Origin: Catajapyx aquilonaris
Taxonomy: Eukaryota
Direction of reading: 5' to 3'
DNA: 39,448 nucleotides
Assembly (NCBI GenBank): GCA_000934665.2
Contig: JYFJ02003626.1
Span: forward strand, 1-39,448
The notes beneath the pieces were generated by a model. The model did not search any database. It worked only from the letters and a program-made list of their open reading frames with translations, and was not told the origin of the DNA. Position numbers and translations under genes: made by a program. Shown in pieces: positions 27,936 through 39,448 of this stretch (positions within the stretch are counted from its first letter, which is position 1; every line of letters begins with the position of its first letter).

Positions 27936-28689
27936 GCCAAGTGATTGGAGACGAATCGCGAAGGGAGACCGTGAGGTTCTGTGCCCAATGAAAGACTGTA
28001 CATCGAGTCATCGACTGAAGATTTTTCTCTTTGGCTACAACAATATTCACGTGAAAGGAGGGGCTTGGAAAGAGTGGAGGAATGGAAATAAAATGAGAGA
28101 TTTTACCAAGTTTTACCTCTTACGGTACTTCAAGATCCGCTTGCAATGCCAGCGTGACACACCTGGAAGAACGACAATTGGCAAATATATAGTCTTCCTC
28201 TGGGGGAAAGGGCATCAACCTTTTCGCATAATATGCTGAAAGTTTTGGCTCATCACATCGGCTTTATCACATCATCTCGTCCTGGATGATATGTTTGCAA
28301 GAAACTCCTTCTACATCAAGATGTCAGTCAACTGAGGTTTGAGAATGTGTAACATCTGTTACAAAGAGCACATCGTGGAGAAATATAAGCTGTTTTTTAT
28401 TACTTTACCTTCGCAACATGATTTGTCTATGTGTAGTATTTGAGGAGATATTTATTTTTATGCGCGATTTAAAGATATTATCATGATAAGTACAGACCCT
28501 TGATGCAGAGAGAAATTATTTCAGAATTAGAATTTCTACAAGATTACTCACGTCAGTTAATAGAACAGTGATTGGAATATGTTAGAATATATTGTTGCAG
28601 AGTACATTACATTTAATAATGTTACCACCGGTCCACGCATTTTGCACCATTGTTACTGACACCAAAAATGGGATGATAATTGCGATACT

Positions 28690-31600
28690 TCAGATGCGAT
28701 CCGAAAACAAAATATGTTCTGTAGACTGAATAGCTGCAATCCACATCTTGTAGAGCACGTAAATGACAGGTGCTGCGATGACACTCTTCACTGCCAAGTG
28801 AGCCACATACAGCCTGAAAAATATTGATACATTTAAGGGTCTTATTTGCATGGTCAGATGCGGGTATGCGAATTTTGTTCTGCACATGCGCACGTCAATT
28901 ACAATAAGTGCATTAATACCAAGAGCTAATGGTAATACTCATAACTATATTTCCAGTAAATCCACTGCTTCTATACGGCTGCTTCCCCTTTATTACACAG
29001 TGTAAAAGCACCAATAAATTCCTGTACACAAATTTGATACTCAACCCTGTGCACTGTTCATTGTTTCAATCGAGTGATTTGAAGTCCTTACATTCTGTGT
29101 CGACGACGCACTGCAGGAAGGTTGTCGAAGTTCTCGTTTCTCAGGTACTTCCTGACGCCCAAGACCAAGTGATCCACTATCTCCACAGGGATCTTACGCA
29201 CATCGAAATTAAAGCGATCTTGTTCATCTGGTGTCATCAGTGCCATCAGAGACAGGACGTTCTTGCTCGAAAAGTTCCATTCTCGAATGGAGAAGAAAGT
29301 GAGAGCTTCCCCTACTTTAGACATTCGCTCGTACATTTTCACTAATCTGAAATTGCATTCAATATATTAAAGTATAAAGCCGAAGCAGTTTGGAGGAGGG
29401 GATACGGTGTCCGACTGCTAATAGGGAGGTCCTGGGATCAAATCCCGGGACCGGCAACTCTGACCGTGGTTTTCTGTGGTTTCCCACGGTCCTTCCAGGA
29501 AAATTCCGGAGTTGTGTCCGTAATTAACAGGCCACAACCCCTTCCTTCCGTCCATATCCCATCCCAAAAAGTGCAGTAAAATGAAAGCAAAGAGTTCCAG
29601 GCAAAAGAAAACCCTTAAAAGGCTGATAACGGGGTAGGAATTATTATTGTTGTTAAAATATAAAGGATTATAAAGATTATCTGCTTTTCAATTTTGATGC
29701 CTCTGATTTAATGTTTGGAATTGCACAAGAACTCAGTGGTGCAAGAGGCAGGGATAGGTGAACTATAGTTACAGGTTGTTTCCCCTAGAACCCCAGAAGA
29801 AACGTACGGTTGGAACTATTTATCATTTGACGTTATTATTTCGTCTTTTCAAACTAGTTATTGAGGTAAACAATCCATGACACATTCACAGCCCTATTAT
29901 TTTGAGGCTTGGAAAAAATTCGCCATTTTGTGGAGGTTTTATGTTATTTCCGGATTGAATGCAACACCGGTATTTAACCTAGTCTTATCAATATCTTCGT
30001 GCAATAAAGGACTGCAATGTAAAACAAAAAAATACCGGTATAATAAAAATTGGTCAAATCAATGGTCCCATTGCACTGTGCGCCTCAGGTGCCTATTTTG
30101 ATATTCTAATTGAGATGGAATAATATTGTTGTCTGCTCACCGGGATTTTTTTCCTCGTAAGTTGTTGATGGCATCACCCACCTTAGCTGGAAGGTAGTGA
30201 AAGCAGTAGTCCAGCAATTTGAATATTTCTGGATGGCTGGTTGTGATGAGCGACGGGTACCAGAGTGCCCCGGGGTAAGGATTCCTGTCGTTACAGTGAG
30301 ACGTCCAGTAGTAAACATCGCCCCATGTCACCGGCACCAGACTGCCACTTGCGTAATTATACACCTTCATTTCTGTCGGTCTGCAAATTGGGATCATAAT
30401 TATATGAGAAGAAGAGAGCAATCGCTGAAAGCGTATGATTGTGATCGTTGGTTTCCAGAGTTAATAATTTGTCAATTATTCTGCTGCCTATAGTAACTGG
30501 GAGTAAACTGGTTAAGTGCACCACCCTTAGAGTAGTCCTACATTAATATACCGTGATGTATATGAATATATACCGGTATTTTTAAAGTATGAAAACAGGC
30601 TCACCCTTTCTCACACACATACAAACACTTTTTATTGACCCATACTTACTTAAAAGTTGCGGTATGCCAGGCAGAGGCTATGATGATATTGGCTGTCATG
30701 TCTACAGGGACAAAATCAACCAATTTGCTGACATCCACCAAACCTGCACGCACCAAGCCAGTTCCTATCATGAATAAGGTGCCAGTAACTCCAAAGTAGT
30801 TGTCGCACCATCCACATATTGGTTCTTCATGTGTAGGGCAAACTACGAAAAACATACAGGCATGCATCTTATTGTAGGCCCTATAGGCGTAGAATTAGTA
30901 GAGATATACCGTACGGTTACCGCATTAAAATAATGTCCCTCCAAAAATTCTATAATATTTTTGAACAGAGTTGGCAAATTCTCTCGAGTATGTTCGGCCA
31001 GCTGCGCGCTATATGGCATGTATACTATGAGTTACGTACTTATCGAGGGCCGCACTATGGTGACAGGAAGACCCTTCTGATGCTCTTCCTTCAGGACATT
31101 TTCAGCGAGACACTTCATGAAGACGTAGGAGTTCGGCTTGCCCTTCAGAAACCTGTAATTAAGTGCTCATCACAATAAAACAATGGGGGCGATTTACGCA
31201 GCGCAGAGTGAACTGGATGGACCGGGACTAACGGTCCACTACTCGGTTGCTAGAATGTACTTAAGTTTTGTTGGCACAAAATAAGTAAGACAAGTCACAG
31301 TTACAGCAGAATTAATTATTTTTGCCGTGAAATCTGATAATTTACAATCGGAAACGGCTCAGATGCACATATTAACCAAATAGTGGGCCAGTCACGTGCA
31401 GATCAGGTTTTATCCGTGCTGTAAAAATGTCTGCATGGAATCATAATATGACCAATATGTCTGTCGTTTGCCAATAGTGCTCATAGCAATCAAGCAGTAG
31501 ATCGGGTCTTCACTTGGCCCATTTCATTTGGTGATGTGATCGACTCTGCATACTCACTCGGAGGACACTGCTTGGATCACGTCGTCATCCAGCAGGTCGA

Positions 31601-34228
31601 GGCACTTGAGGAACTTCTTGGGAGGGATGGAAGCCTCGTACACTTCTTCCTCTATCACTCGTCTGTCGCAGTTGGCATATGCGGTGGACACATGCACCAA
31701 AGCCTTAGAATCAAAAGAAGTTATAATAGAGTAGACTCCGGATTTAAGACACTTTAATGGACCTCGGAAATCAGTCTACTGTATAACCGAGATCTATTAT
31801 AGGCAAATCGCCACATTTGCAACAAATACATATCTCAGTGCTGCATACTGATTAATGAAACTAGCCACAAACATTCGAAAGTATAGCTGGCGTCGCTCAT
31901 TGTTAGTCGGTCTTCATCTGCAGAATACAATGTTGATAAAAATGGAAAAAAAGAAGCCAGGATGTCTCAATTGATTAACTTGTTTGCTAGATTAATTGAA
32001 GTGAATATTCATCATTTCTGCTATCAAATAGCACCAAATGTATTTGGGGGGAAATTTAATTTCAAATAACTCGAGAAATCAATTCGAAGAATCAATTATT
32101 CTACCAAAACCATATTTTGTGTTATAACTGGACAACAATATCCTCTGGAAAAGGACTCTCCACAGGCTTCACTCAAACGAAATGGACCCTATATGAATGC
32201 AAATAGTCAAAACAAAAATCGTTTAAACTGATCGAGAACCCATAACTAAGAAGTTAGATAATGAGAGAACAATTTACCTTCTGCACTCTAATCCTTATGC
32301 ACAAGGACATGTGCAGGCAATTCTCACCTCTAGTTTTGTCATTTCTTTGCATAGATCTGCGACGTGAATGGTTCCTTCCAGATTGGAGCGTGCCATTCGT
32401 CTCAAAGTGTCATCAAATCGTACTGATGCAGCGCAGTGGAACACCACCGACACTTGATCCGCGACCATCTTCTTGTCCTCATGGCCGAGCCCTAACCCTG
32501 GAAGCTCAATGTCTCCCTCCAGGACACGGATCTTGGACAAGGCTTCGGGATCGGACTCTCGCAGCTTGCCAAACAGCTGAAAGTCATGAGATATTATATT
32601 GACTATGCACGTACACTGCCAACATTAATCTTAAATTGTATGAAGCCATTGCATGTTGTCGGGCTCATTTTGAAATAAATTTCATGGATTTTCATTCGAG
32701 TCTTTCTTTGATATGCCCATTATATTGGCCATCAATCCTGCCCTGTTACTTCGAAGATTATAGCATCATCATTGGCATCAAGTGGTGCTCTTATAATTGT
32801 CTTAAAGGCTCGTATAATGCCAGTCATGAACGTATACAAAGATTAGCGTAAAATATGCTCATGCTAACCACAACCTTGTTATATACGCTCGTATAATGGA
32901 CGTTACAGTGGAAATTACAACTTAGTGTTGGGAATTGTGAAAGTTCAGGACTAACAAGTTGCGACACTTACCACGTCGTAAGTTTAATGGCTCCAGAGAC
33001 GTGACTTGCTGTGCCTACTCGTACTCCTACATAATAATTTATTAAGGAGATTTAAAAAATCTACAATCGACATGAAAAACAAAGCGACCTTGGTTGGGAA
33101 TTTAATATTATGTAACTTATATAAAATAACAAAATGTCGAAAACATAAAATATCTAGAGCTTATGTCACAATTGGTGTGTCCAGTACAACTTGACCTGGA
33201 GTGCTACCTACCGTCATCTATAAAAAAAAGTGCTTGATTTGGCCATGAGCGCCCATGAGTTCAATTTTTTTAAAACCAACCGCATCAATCCAGCAGCATT
33301 AATATTGTGCTTTGTTGGTGCCAATTATTGAAGTGGCTACATTTTTTACCATGATATTATTGATAAATACCTTTATTTTTGACCCTGTCACTCATAAAAG
33401 TTACGAGGCTAATGCAGTACATCGATTCGTTAGACCTAACCAGAACAGTCACTCTCTCAGCACCCTCCTCTCCCCTCCCCACCCCACCCCACCCACCCCC
33501 GAACAAACAATTCAAATAGCAACAATCCGGGGCACATTAATTGATTGTCGTTTAAACCATAGGTCTGGAGAAAACAATCCATACGATCTTCATAACTATA
33601 ACCTATGGCGCTAAAAAAAGGAAAATAATTTATTGTACGCTAAAATCTTGGCCGCTTTAGGCGCAAAATGCCCGTCGGTCCATGCGAATGTGCACCGGTT
33701 GGGCGGGAAAATCCTTGTGGGGTCCCAAAAATACGCACCGGTCGGGCCCGAAAAATGTTGCACGGGAAAAAACCGTACGACAGGAAGAAGTAATCCATCC
33801 TCCAACAGACTTGAGAGTTACAGAATTTAATCGCCATTAATAAACCCAGGGGGGGGGGGGGATTTTATTATGAATGCCACCACCCCTAGCGCTCTCACTG
33901 GTGAAACATTGTTGACGATGTCCAGTGAATAACAAACTCTTCTGGTTCTTTACCAGCCGGAAAATGTGTCCTGGAGGCGGTGTAAACTGACCGTAGAGAC
34001 ATAAACAACGTGTGAAAATTTATTCCTTACCCTGTCCTGAAGCACTTGCTGGAATCTGTCTGGTGGACTCTGACCTTTCTTCTCACGCAGCAGCACGTAA
34101 AGTGTATCAATTCGAGTTGCTCGAAGCAACTTTTCAACTAGAACTTTCCCCAAAAATCCTGCCCCTCCTGTGACGAGGACATGTCGTCCAGAATAGAAGC
34201 TCTCCATGTCTGATGGCGCCTCGACCAT
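28690..34228 (-). CDS. FAR: Fatty acyl-CoA reductase, copy 2, ~505 aa
   Basis: Exons 34228-34031, 32576-32328, 31703-31558, 31152-31040, 30842-30650, 30380-30141, 29346-29092, 28813-28690 (1518 nt). Motifs TGGAGFLGK and PNSYVFMK. Confidence 0.92.
29380..29652 (+). mobile_element. tRNA-derived SINE in FAR2 intron 6
   Basis: tRNA-like head with B-box-like GGGATCAAATCCC, arthropod-SINE-like core (GTTTTCTGTGGTTTCCC...AGGCCACAACCCCTTCCTTCC), (TTA/TTG) tail, ~13-bp TSD TTAAAGTATAAAG / TTAAAATATAAAG. Confidence 0.75.
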
Positions 34229-34280
34229 AGGAGTATGTACCCAAGACTGGAATGCACTGTGTGTCGATATGAAGTGCCGT

Positions 34281-34291
34281 ATGAGTCAGCA
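34281..34291 (-). promoter_or_regulatory. Candidate CNC/small-Maf site upstream of FAR2
   Basis: TGCTGACTCAT at the same spacing to the ATG as in FAR1. Confidence 0.35.
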
Positions 34292-34646
34292 GCCAAGTGA
34301 TTGGAGACGAATCGCGAAGGGAGACCGTGACGTTCTGCATCCAATAACATGGAGTATCGAATGAAAGATTTTCTTGGGCTACAGCATTATTCTTATAGGA
34401 AAAGGAGTGGCTAGGAAGAGGGGGCGGCAGAAAGGAATAATATTATGAAAACACCTTCTACGTCATACTTCAATATATGCTTGCAATGCTCAGCGTGAAT
34501 CACATGTCAGAATTACAATATTATTGAAGAGTAGCTATTGTCTTTAGTTGGGGAATGCGCAAAGTCTTCTCATGAATACTGCATCATGATTCCACTTTAA
34601 TCATTGGTCATTATGTGTATTACGTCAGGTCCCAACAATTAGCTTA

Positions 34647-36299
34647 CAAGCAAACCTCCTATAGGTGTGGGGATCTACTTTTTGAGAAAACTTTTAGGAA
34701 TGATTAAGACTAGCTTCAGGATCACTCTGGCATAGTCCAAACCTCTGTAAAATTCCCAGTAGCCCCAGAGATTGCGTCGAAAGTCCGGGCGTACGATTGG
34801 GTCTGCCGCCCAAACTGACACTTGCAATCGCATATATGAAAAGGTGAACCCAAATGCCCTCTCCGTCAGCTCTCCGTGCAGCCTAACAGGAAGCACTCTA
34901 CTTTGTTTGACTGTGAGCTGTTTTAAACATAAGTTTATGTGGACAAAGTTGGTAATTTATTATTATACTAAAACTGTCAGTTACCCAACTTAATAGGTCC
35001 CACAGTTCGCTGCATCATGCACCTTTTCCAACAAACAGTGATGGAAGCAGAAGCATTTCTTACAGTGCGCACAGCGGAACTTGGAAACCTCAGTGCAGAT
35101 ATCTTCGGCGCAGTCACAAAGACTGTCAAAGTCAAAAGAGTACTGTACCGGGGTCTCTTCAAAGGCTTCAGGTCGTTCGGGAGTATATCCACACTTCCAG
35201 AATGCATACTTGACCATATTCTGGAAGCGTGGCGCTTGGAACTGGAAGTGTGCAAGAGCATGAAGCTTCATGTAGCGCTCCCGCTGCCAGACTTTCTCGT
35301 CAATGTCCAGAGAATCAGTTATGTGCCGTACAAATCTCTTGTATGGGCGAAAGTAGTACACGTCCAGCGGCTGAATCATTCCGGTGGTGGTGCCAGCGGG
35401 AATGATCAGCCGTTCCACCTCGAGCTGGCCGGTGTGGCCGGTGTACGTACCTGGTGGCGACACGCTGGAAGAGTTCACTATTTTTGTTGCTACTCCAAGA
35501 GTCGCAGAGAAGGAGACACTTGGTGACACCCATCTTGACCATTCCTGGATATAGGATTTGGTCCAGGAAAACCTCCAGGTCATCGTTTGTCATCATAGCT
35601 GTCGTACCGGGTAAGGCAGAAATGCTGTCCGGGAATGGTGCCATCCTCTGCGGCCACTTGCCGTGTGGTTCAGGTACAGTTTGTCCATGATGGTACCGGC
35701 CATGCTGACAATAGGCATCACCATGTAGGAGTGGGTGGTGGCGGACCTTGAACCAACTTCAACATGCACCTTGTGCTCACCCTTGAAGGTGTGGGTGCGG
35801 TGAGAGTGGAGCTCCTTGTCGAATCGAGACTGGTCGCAGTTGATGACCTCCTCGGGAAGGTTGCCTTTTTCTTGAATTGTAGACTTCACCAATTTGACGA
35901 ACTCTTCTCCTTTGGCTGCGAGCTTGGCCTGGTTCTGCCAAAAACCTCGACCAACCTTGTGAGTAATAGCACGAGAAACGATTCTATGTCGTTTCTTGAA
36001 ATTGTAGAGCCAGGTGTTGGAGGCCTTGAACTTCATGTTGGGGAAGAGCATCTTTTTTATTTGGATGGCCCACTGACGAATGCTTCGGTCAGTGGCACGG
36101 TGTTTTTTTGCCGCTTCTCGATGAATCGATCTAAAACACGTTGATTGATTCCCACAATCATTAGGTTTGGAGTTAATTTCTGAGGATTCTGGGAATTTTA
36201 CAGAGGTTTGGACTATGCCAGAGTGATCCTGGAGCTAGTCTTAATCATTCCTGAAAGTTTTCTCAAAAAGTAGATCCCCACACCTAGGAGGTTTGCTTG
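34647..36299 (-). mobile_element. Tc4/Tc5-like DNA transposon (Tc1/mariner-pogo related), 1653 bp, internally deleted
   Basis: ~110-bp near-identical TIRs starting CAAGCAAACCTCCTA; TTA duplicated at 34644-34646 and 36300-36302. The reconstructed empty site GCTTAGC matches the CTNAG target of Tc4/Tc5. Confidence 0.88.
34990..36051 (-). pseudogene. Frameshifted, 5'-truncated DDD transposase (CENP-B/Tc5 HTH, DDE_1-like core, Cys-rich tail)
   Basis: Three frames: FKASNTWLYNFKKRH..VINCDQS; LLLCDSW; IQPLDVYYFRPYK..CDCAEDIC..CAHCKKCFCFHHC. Confidence 0.85.
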
Positions 36300-36659
36300 T
36301 TAGCTGAATTCTACTCACTCCGGAATACCCATCGCAATAACCGTGGGCAATTATTGTGGGCAATTAATTGCACATGATAATTCCTCGTCTTTCCGAGCCT
36401 CAGATCAGGCTCAGATGTCGTAGTTGTATTAGTTGTCCGGAGTGGGTGGTATGAGCCAATACCAGGGCTTATTTTATGCGGCTCTTTTCTGTTGCGCCAT
36501 TTTCACAATGATAGAAATATCAAATTGTAAAAAAATATAGGTATTTATTGTTATTTCTCCATTATAATGAACCGGCCTTGGTTACACAACCGGCATAATT
36601 ATATTTTGCAAAAGGCATCCCTGGTCATAATGAGCCGTTTATGAAGGTCAAGGGGTTAA

Positions 36660-36783
36660 CCACTTCGGTACTCCGGTGTACACCTGCAATGGTATAGGCT
36701 ATCCCAGGTACTCCTTAGGTACTTTACTCTTTGGTACTCCTTGAATTTCGTACTCCAGTGTACACTACTGTTCAGTCGAGTGG
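36660..36783. mobile_element. Small TTAA-flanked (piggyBac-like) MITE at the centre of a larger imperfect inverted repeat
   Basis: TTAA|CCACT ... AGTGG|TTAA with repeated internal GTACTCC motifs. Confidence 0.55.
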
Positions 36784-38290
36784 TTAACCCCTTGATGAAG
36801 GTATTGAAAAATCAATAGGGTATATTGCAAAATAGTTTCGGGTTTTTCAGACATTAAGACGGTTCATTATGATCGGAACACTGCAAGGGCAAATATAAAT
36901 ACCTGTATTTTTTACCATTTGTGTTTCAATCGTCACATTATAAAATTTGTGCACGTGAGATGGTGAAATCACGATAGAGAGTTACCGTAATACCGGCAAC
37001 AATGACGCACGTACAATACACACTACAGAAATTCCTTTTTGCAGTATTAGTTAATGATTCATGTGTTCTCGGAAAGAGTATTAACCATTTGCTGTTATTA
37101 CAGTAATAATAAGAATCATTGGTAATGTCAAGAATTTGATAGGCGTAGGCGTACATTCGGGGGTGCCACTAAAATAAACCTCATGTTGTGCCATAATTAC
37201 GTCTCCCGTCAGATACATTGTGCAATGACCGTATGGGTCTATAAGAATCTCCTGCAGCAGTTACTGACCATCCTTATGGAGACCTAGTACTATACAGTAT
37301 ATTCTTACGTGTAAAAGAGAGTTAACCGAGAGTATGAGAAATAGTTGTGGTGTGCAAAATCTCCCGATTCTTGTTGATTATGTCACGACCAGACTTGGTG
37401 AGAAACTTCGCCCATGAACATAACCTGTCCACATCAAAAATGCATCAGATTCACAATGGGGTGATTTCGGGATAGGCGTGTTTGAAGTGTGATGTCTGCA
37501 TAATGCCTACAGTATGGCATGTAAGGAATATTTTTTGCCCTGGAACATGTTATTAGAAGATTCTAATCGTTCCCCTGGTAAATTTTCTTAGCCATCCAGA
37601 GCACAATAATTCTGAACGAAAATCACTGATCAAAAATAATAATGTCCATTGCATGCAGAAATGCAATTTGCAACCATAGGTGAGGGGATAACTCAGGTAC
37701 TCACTCAGTTACATGCAAATGCAGGTGTACATACAGAAGTGTGTGGACAAGTATGCAAGATAATATTCTAGACTGGTCATAATTAATAAACAAATATTAT
37801 TATGAACTAGACTACCTCAGGACGGACAACATAAGTATAGTATGAAATACCATGAATATATCAAGGAAGAAATGGTTTTGACAATGTGGATATGATACTC
37901 ATTTTTACTGAGGTTTGGGAATGTGGATAACCTGTTACGAGAAACATAATTATCTAGGAGGATAAACTGTTTGCTTCTACCTGCTGTACCTCCGCAAAAT
38001 AATATTATGTCTTATTTGAATACATTTGTGAGACATTTATTTTTATGCGATTTAACAACAGTATGCCATGTGGAGTATCTACTCCGGGCGGAGAGATAAT
38101 TTTTATGGAATAATGTCTCATTGCTACAAAATATTACATCAGTGAATAAAACAAACCACAATATATAAGAATAGTTTCTGAGTACGTTATATTTAACATT
38201 GTTATAACCGCTCCCTTATTTTGTCGTTTTGTTGCAAGGACTGAAGTAGTAGGCACGAATAAGTCGAATCATAATATAAGTTGCGAATAT

Positions 38291-39228
38291 TCAGATAGGA
38301 TTTGGAAACAGAAAATTTTCTGTGGACTGAAGAGCCGCATTCCATATCGTATAGAGTCCGTAAATGACAGGTGTTGCGATGACACTCTTCACTACCAAGT
38401 GAGCCACGTACAGCCTGAAAAATATTGATACATTTAGTGGGCTTATTACTCCAATTATTGTCAGAGTTGCTCTTACGCAAATGAAATATTGTTCTCTATA
38501 CTCCCATGTATGCCCATTCAACTACTCATTCAACAGTTTACTAATAATGCCAGTATTTTCCCCTTGCATAAAAGCACGAATGGCTCTGAAAATGCGATAC
38601 TTTACCCTGTGCACAGCTCATTGTTTAAATCAAGTTAAATATATTCGAAGTGCTTACATTCTATGTCTACGACGCACTGCAGGAAGGTTGTCGAAGTTCT
38701 CGTTTCTCATGTACTTCCTGGAACCCATGCAGCAGTGGTACGCTGCTTTCACGAGATCCACCTTACGCACGTCGAAATTAAAGCGATCTTGATCATCTGG
38801 TGTCATCAGTTCCATCAGAGACAGTACATTCTTGCTCGAAAAGCTCCATTCTCGAATGGAAAAGTAACTGACGGCTTCTCCTACTTTAGACATTCGGTCG
38901 TACAGTTTCACTAATCTGAAAATAGGGTCCAGTCAGCCTCTGTTGAATATTATTCTAATTAGCATAGAATATTGTTGCATATGTTCACCTGGATTTTTTC
39001 CCTCGCAAGTTGTTGATGGCATCACCCGCTTTTGCCGGGAGGTAGTGAAAGCAGTAGTCAAGAATTTTGAATATTTCTGGTTCTCTGGTTGTGAAGGGCG
39101 AAGGGTACCAGACTGCCCCGGGGAGAGGATTCTTGTCGTTACATTCAAGCATCCAGTAGGCGTAGTCACCCCAGGTCATCGGCACCAGACTGCCACTGGC
39201 GTAATTGTACACCTGCATTTCCTTCGGC
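38291..39228 (-). CDS. FAR: Fatty acyl-CoA reductase, copy 3; last three exons (5' part beyond window end)
   Basis: Exons 39228-38989, 38915-38658, 38414-38291, with the same lengths and phases as FAR1 exons 6-8. Confidence 0.9.
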
Positions 39229-39448
39229 CTGAAAGTTTTGTACGCACATAAAAAGAAGTACTGTATAGAGAGTAATCACAAACGTACGAGTGAAATATTG
39301 TTGCCCCAAACGGGTTATTAGTGTATTCAAATTAATATTAATTTTCTCTCTATATACAGGGTGTCTATTGTAACTCTGCAAAGACTTGCAGGGGTAATAG
39401 AGGGGACCAAGACAAGTATTTTTGACATAGGAAACCGTGTCCGGAAAC

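Noticed and set aside
29400..29455. tRNA gene
   Set aside because: Degenerate cloverleaf followed by a SINE body, tail and TSD; called as a SINE.
33611..33861. GC-rich segment with overlapping short ORFs in FAR2 intron 1
   Set aside because: Probably a repeat fragment, but no clear TIR, TSD or protein similarity could be established by eye.

Overview
AT-rich, intron-containing eukaryotic DNA from an invertebrate, most likely arthropod-like given the FAR family, SINE type and transposon set; the species cannot be determined from the sequence. The window consists of two adjacent minus-strand tandem gene arrays. (1) At about 1-23 kb are five copies of a secreted beta-lactamase/penicillin-binding-protein-fold serine hydrolase, with a signal peptide, SxxK, YxN and HxG motifs and a DUF3471-like C-terminal domain. 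Four are complete 9-exon genes of 530-537 aa; for the fifth only exon 1 lies in the window. (2) At about 24-39.4 kb are three fatty acyl-CoA reductase (FAR) genes: two complete 8-exon genes of 505-506 aa and one whose 5' part lies beyond the right edge. Exons were traced by hand, and all GT-AG junctions keep the reading frame. Introns and spacers hold many mobile elements: a Tc4/Tc5-like transposon with a TTA target duplication, a Chapaev3-like remnant, pogo/Tc2-like, piggyBac-like, CACTA-like and Sola-like MITEs, and a tRNA-derived SINE. Main points of interest: the co-oriented hydrolase/acyltransferase-fold and FAR arrays may form an animal lipid-ester biosynthetic cluster (inference only); the most divergent hydrolase copy has lost its catalytic YxN motif; and both arrays show localized divergence at likely specificity-determining sites.
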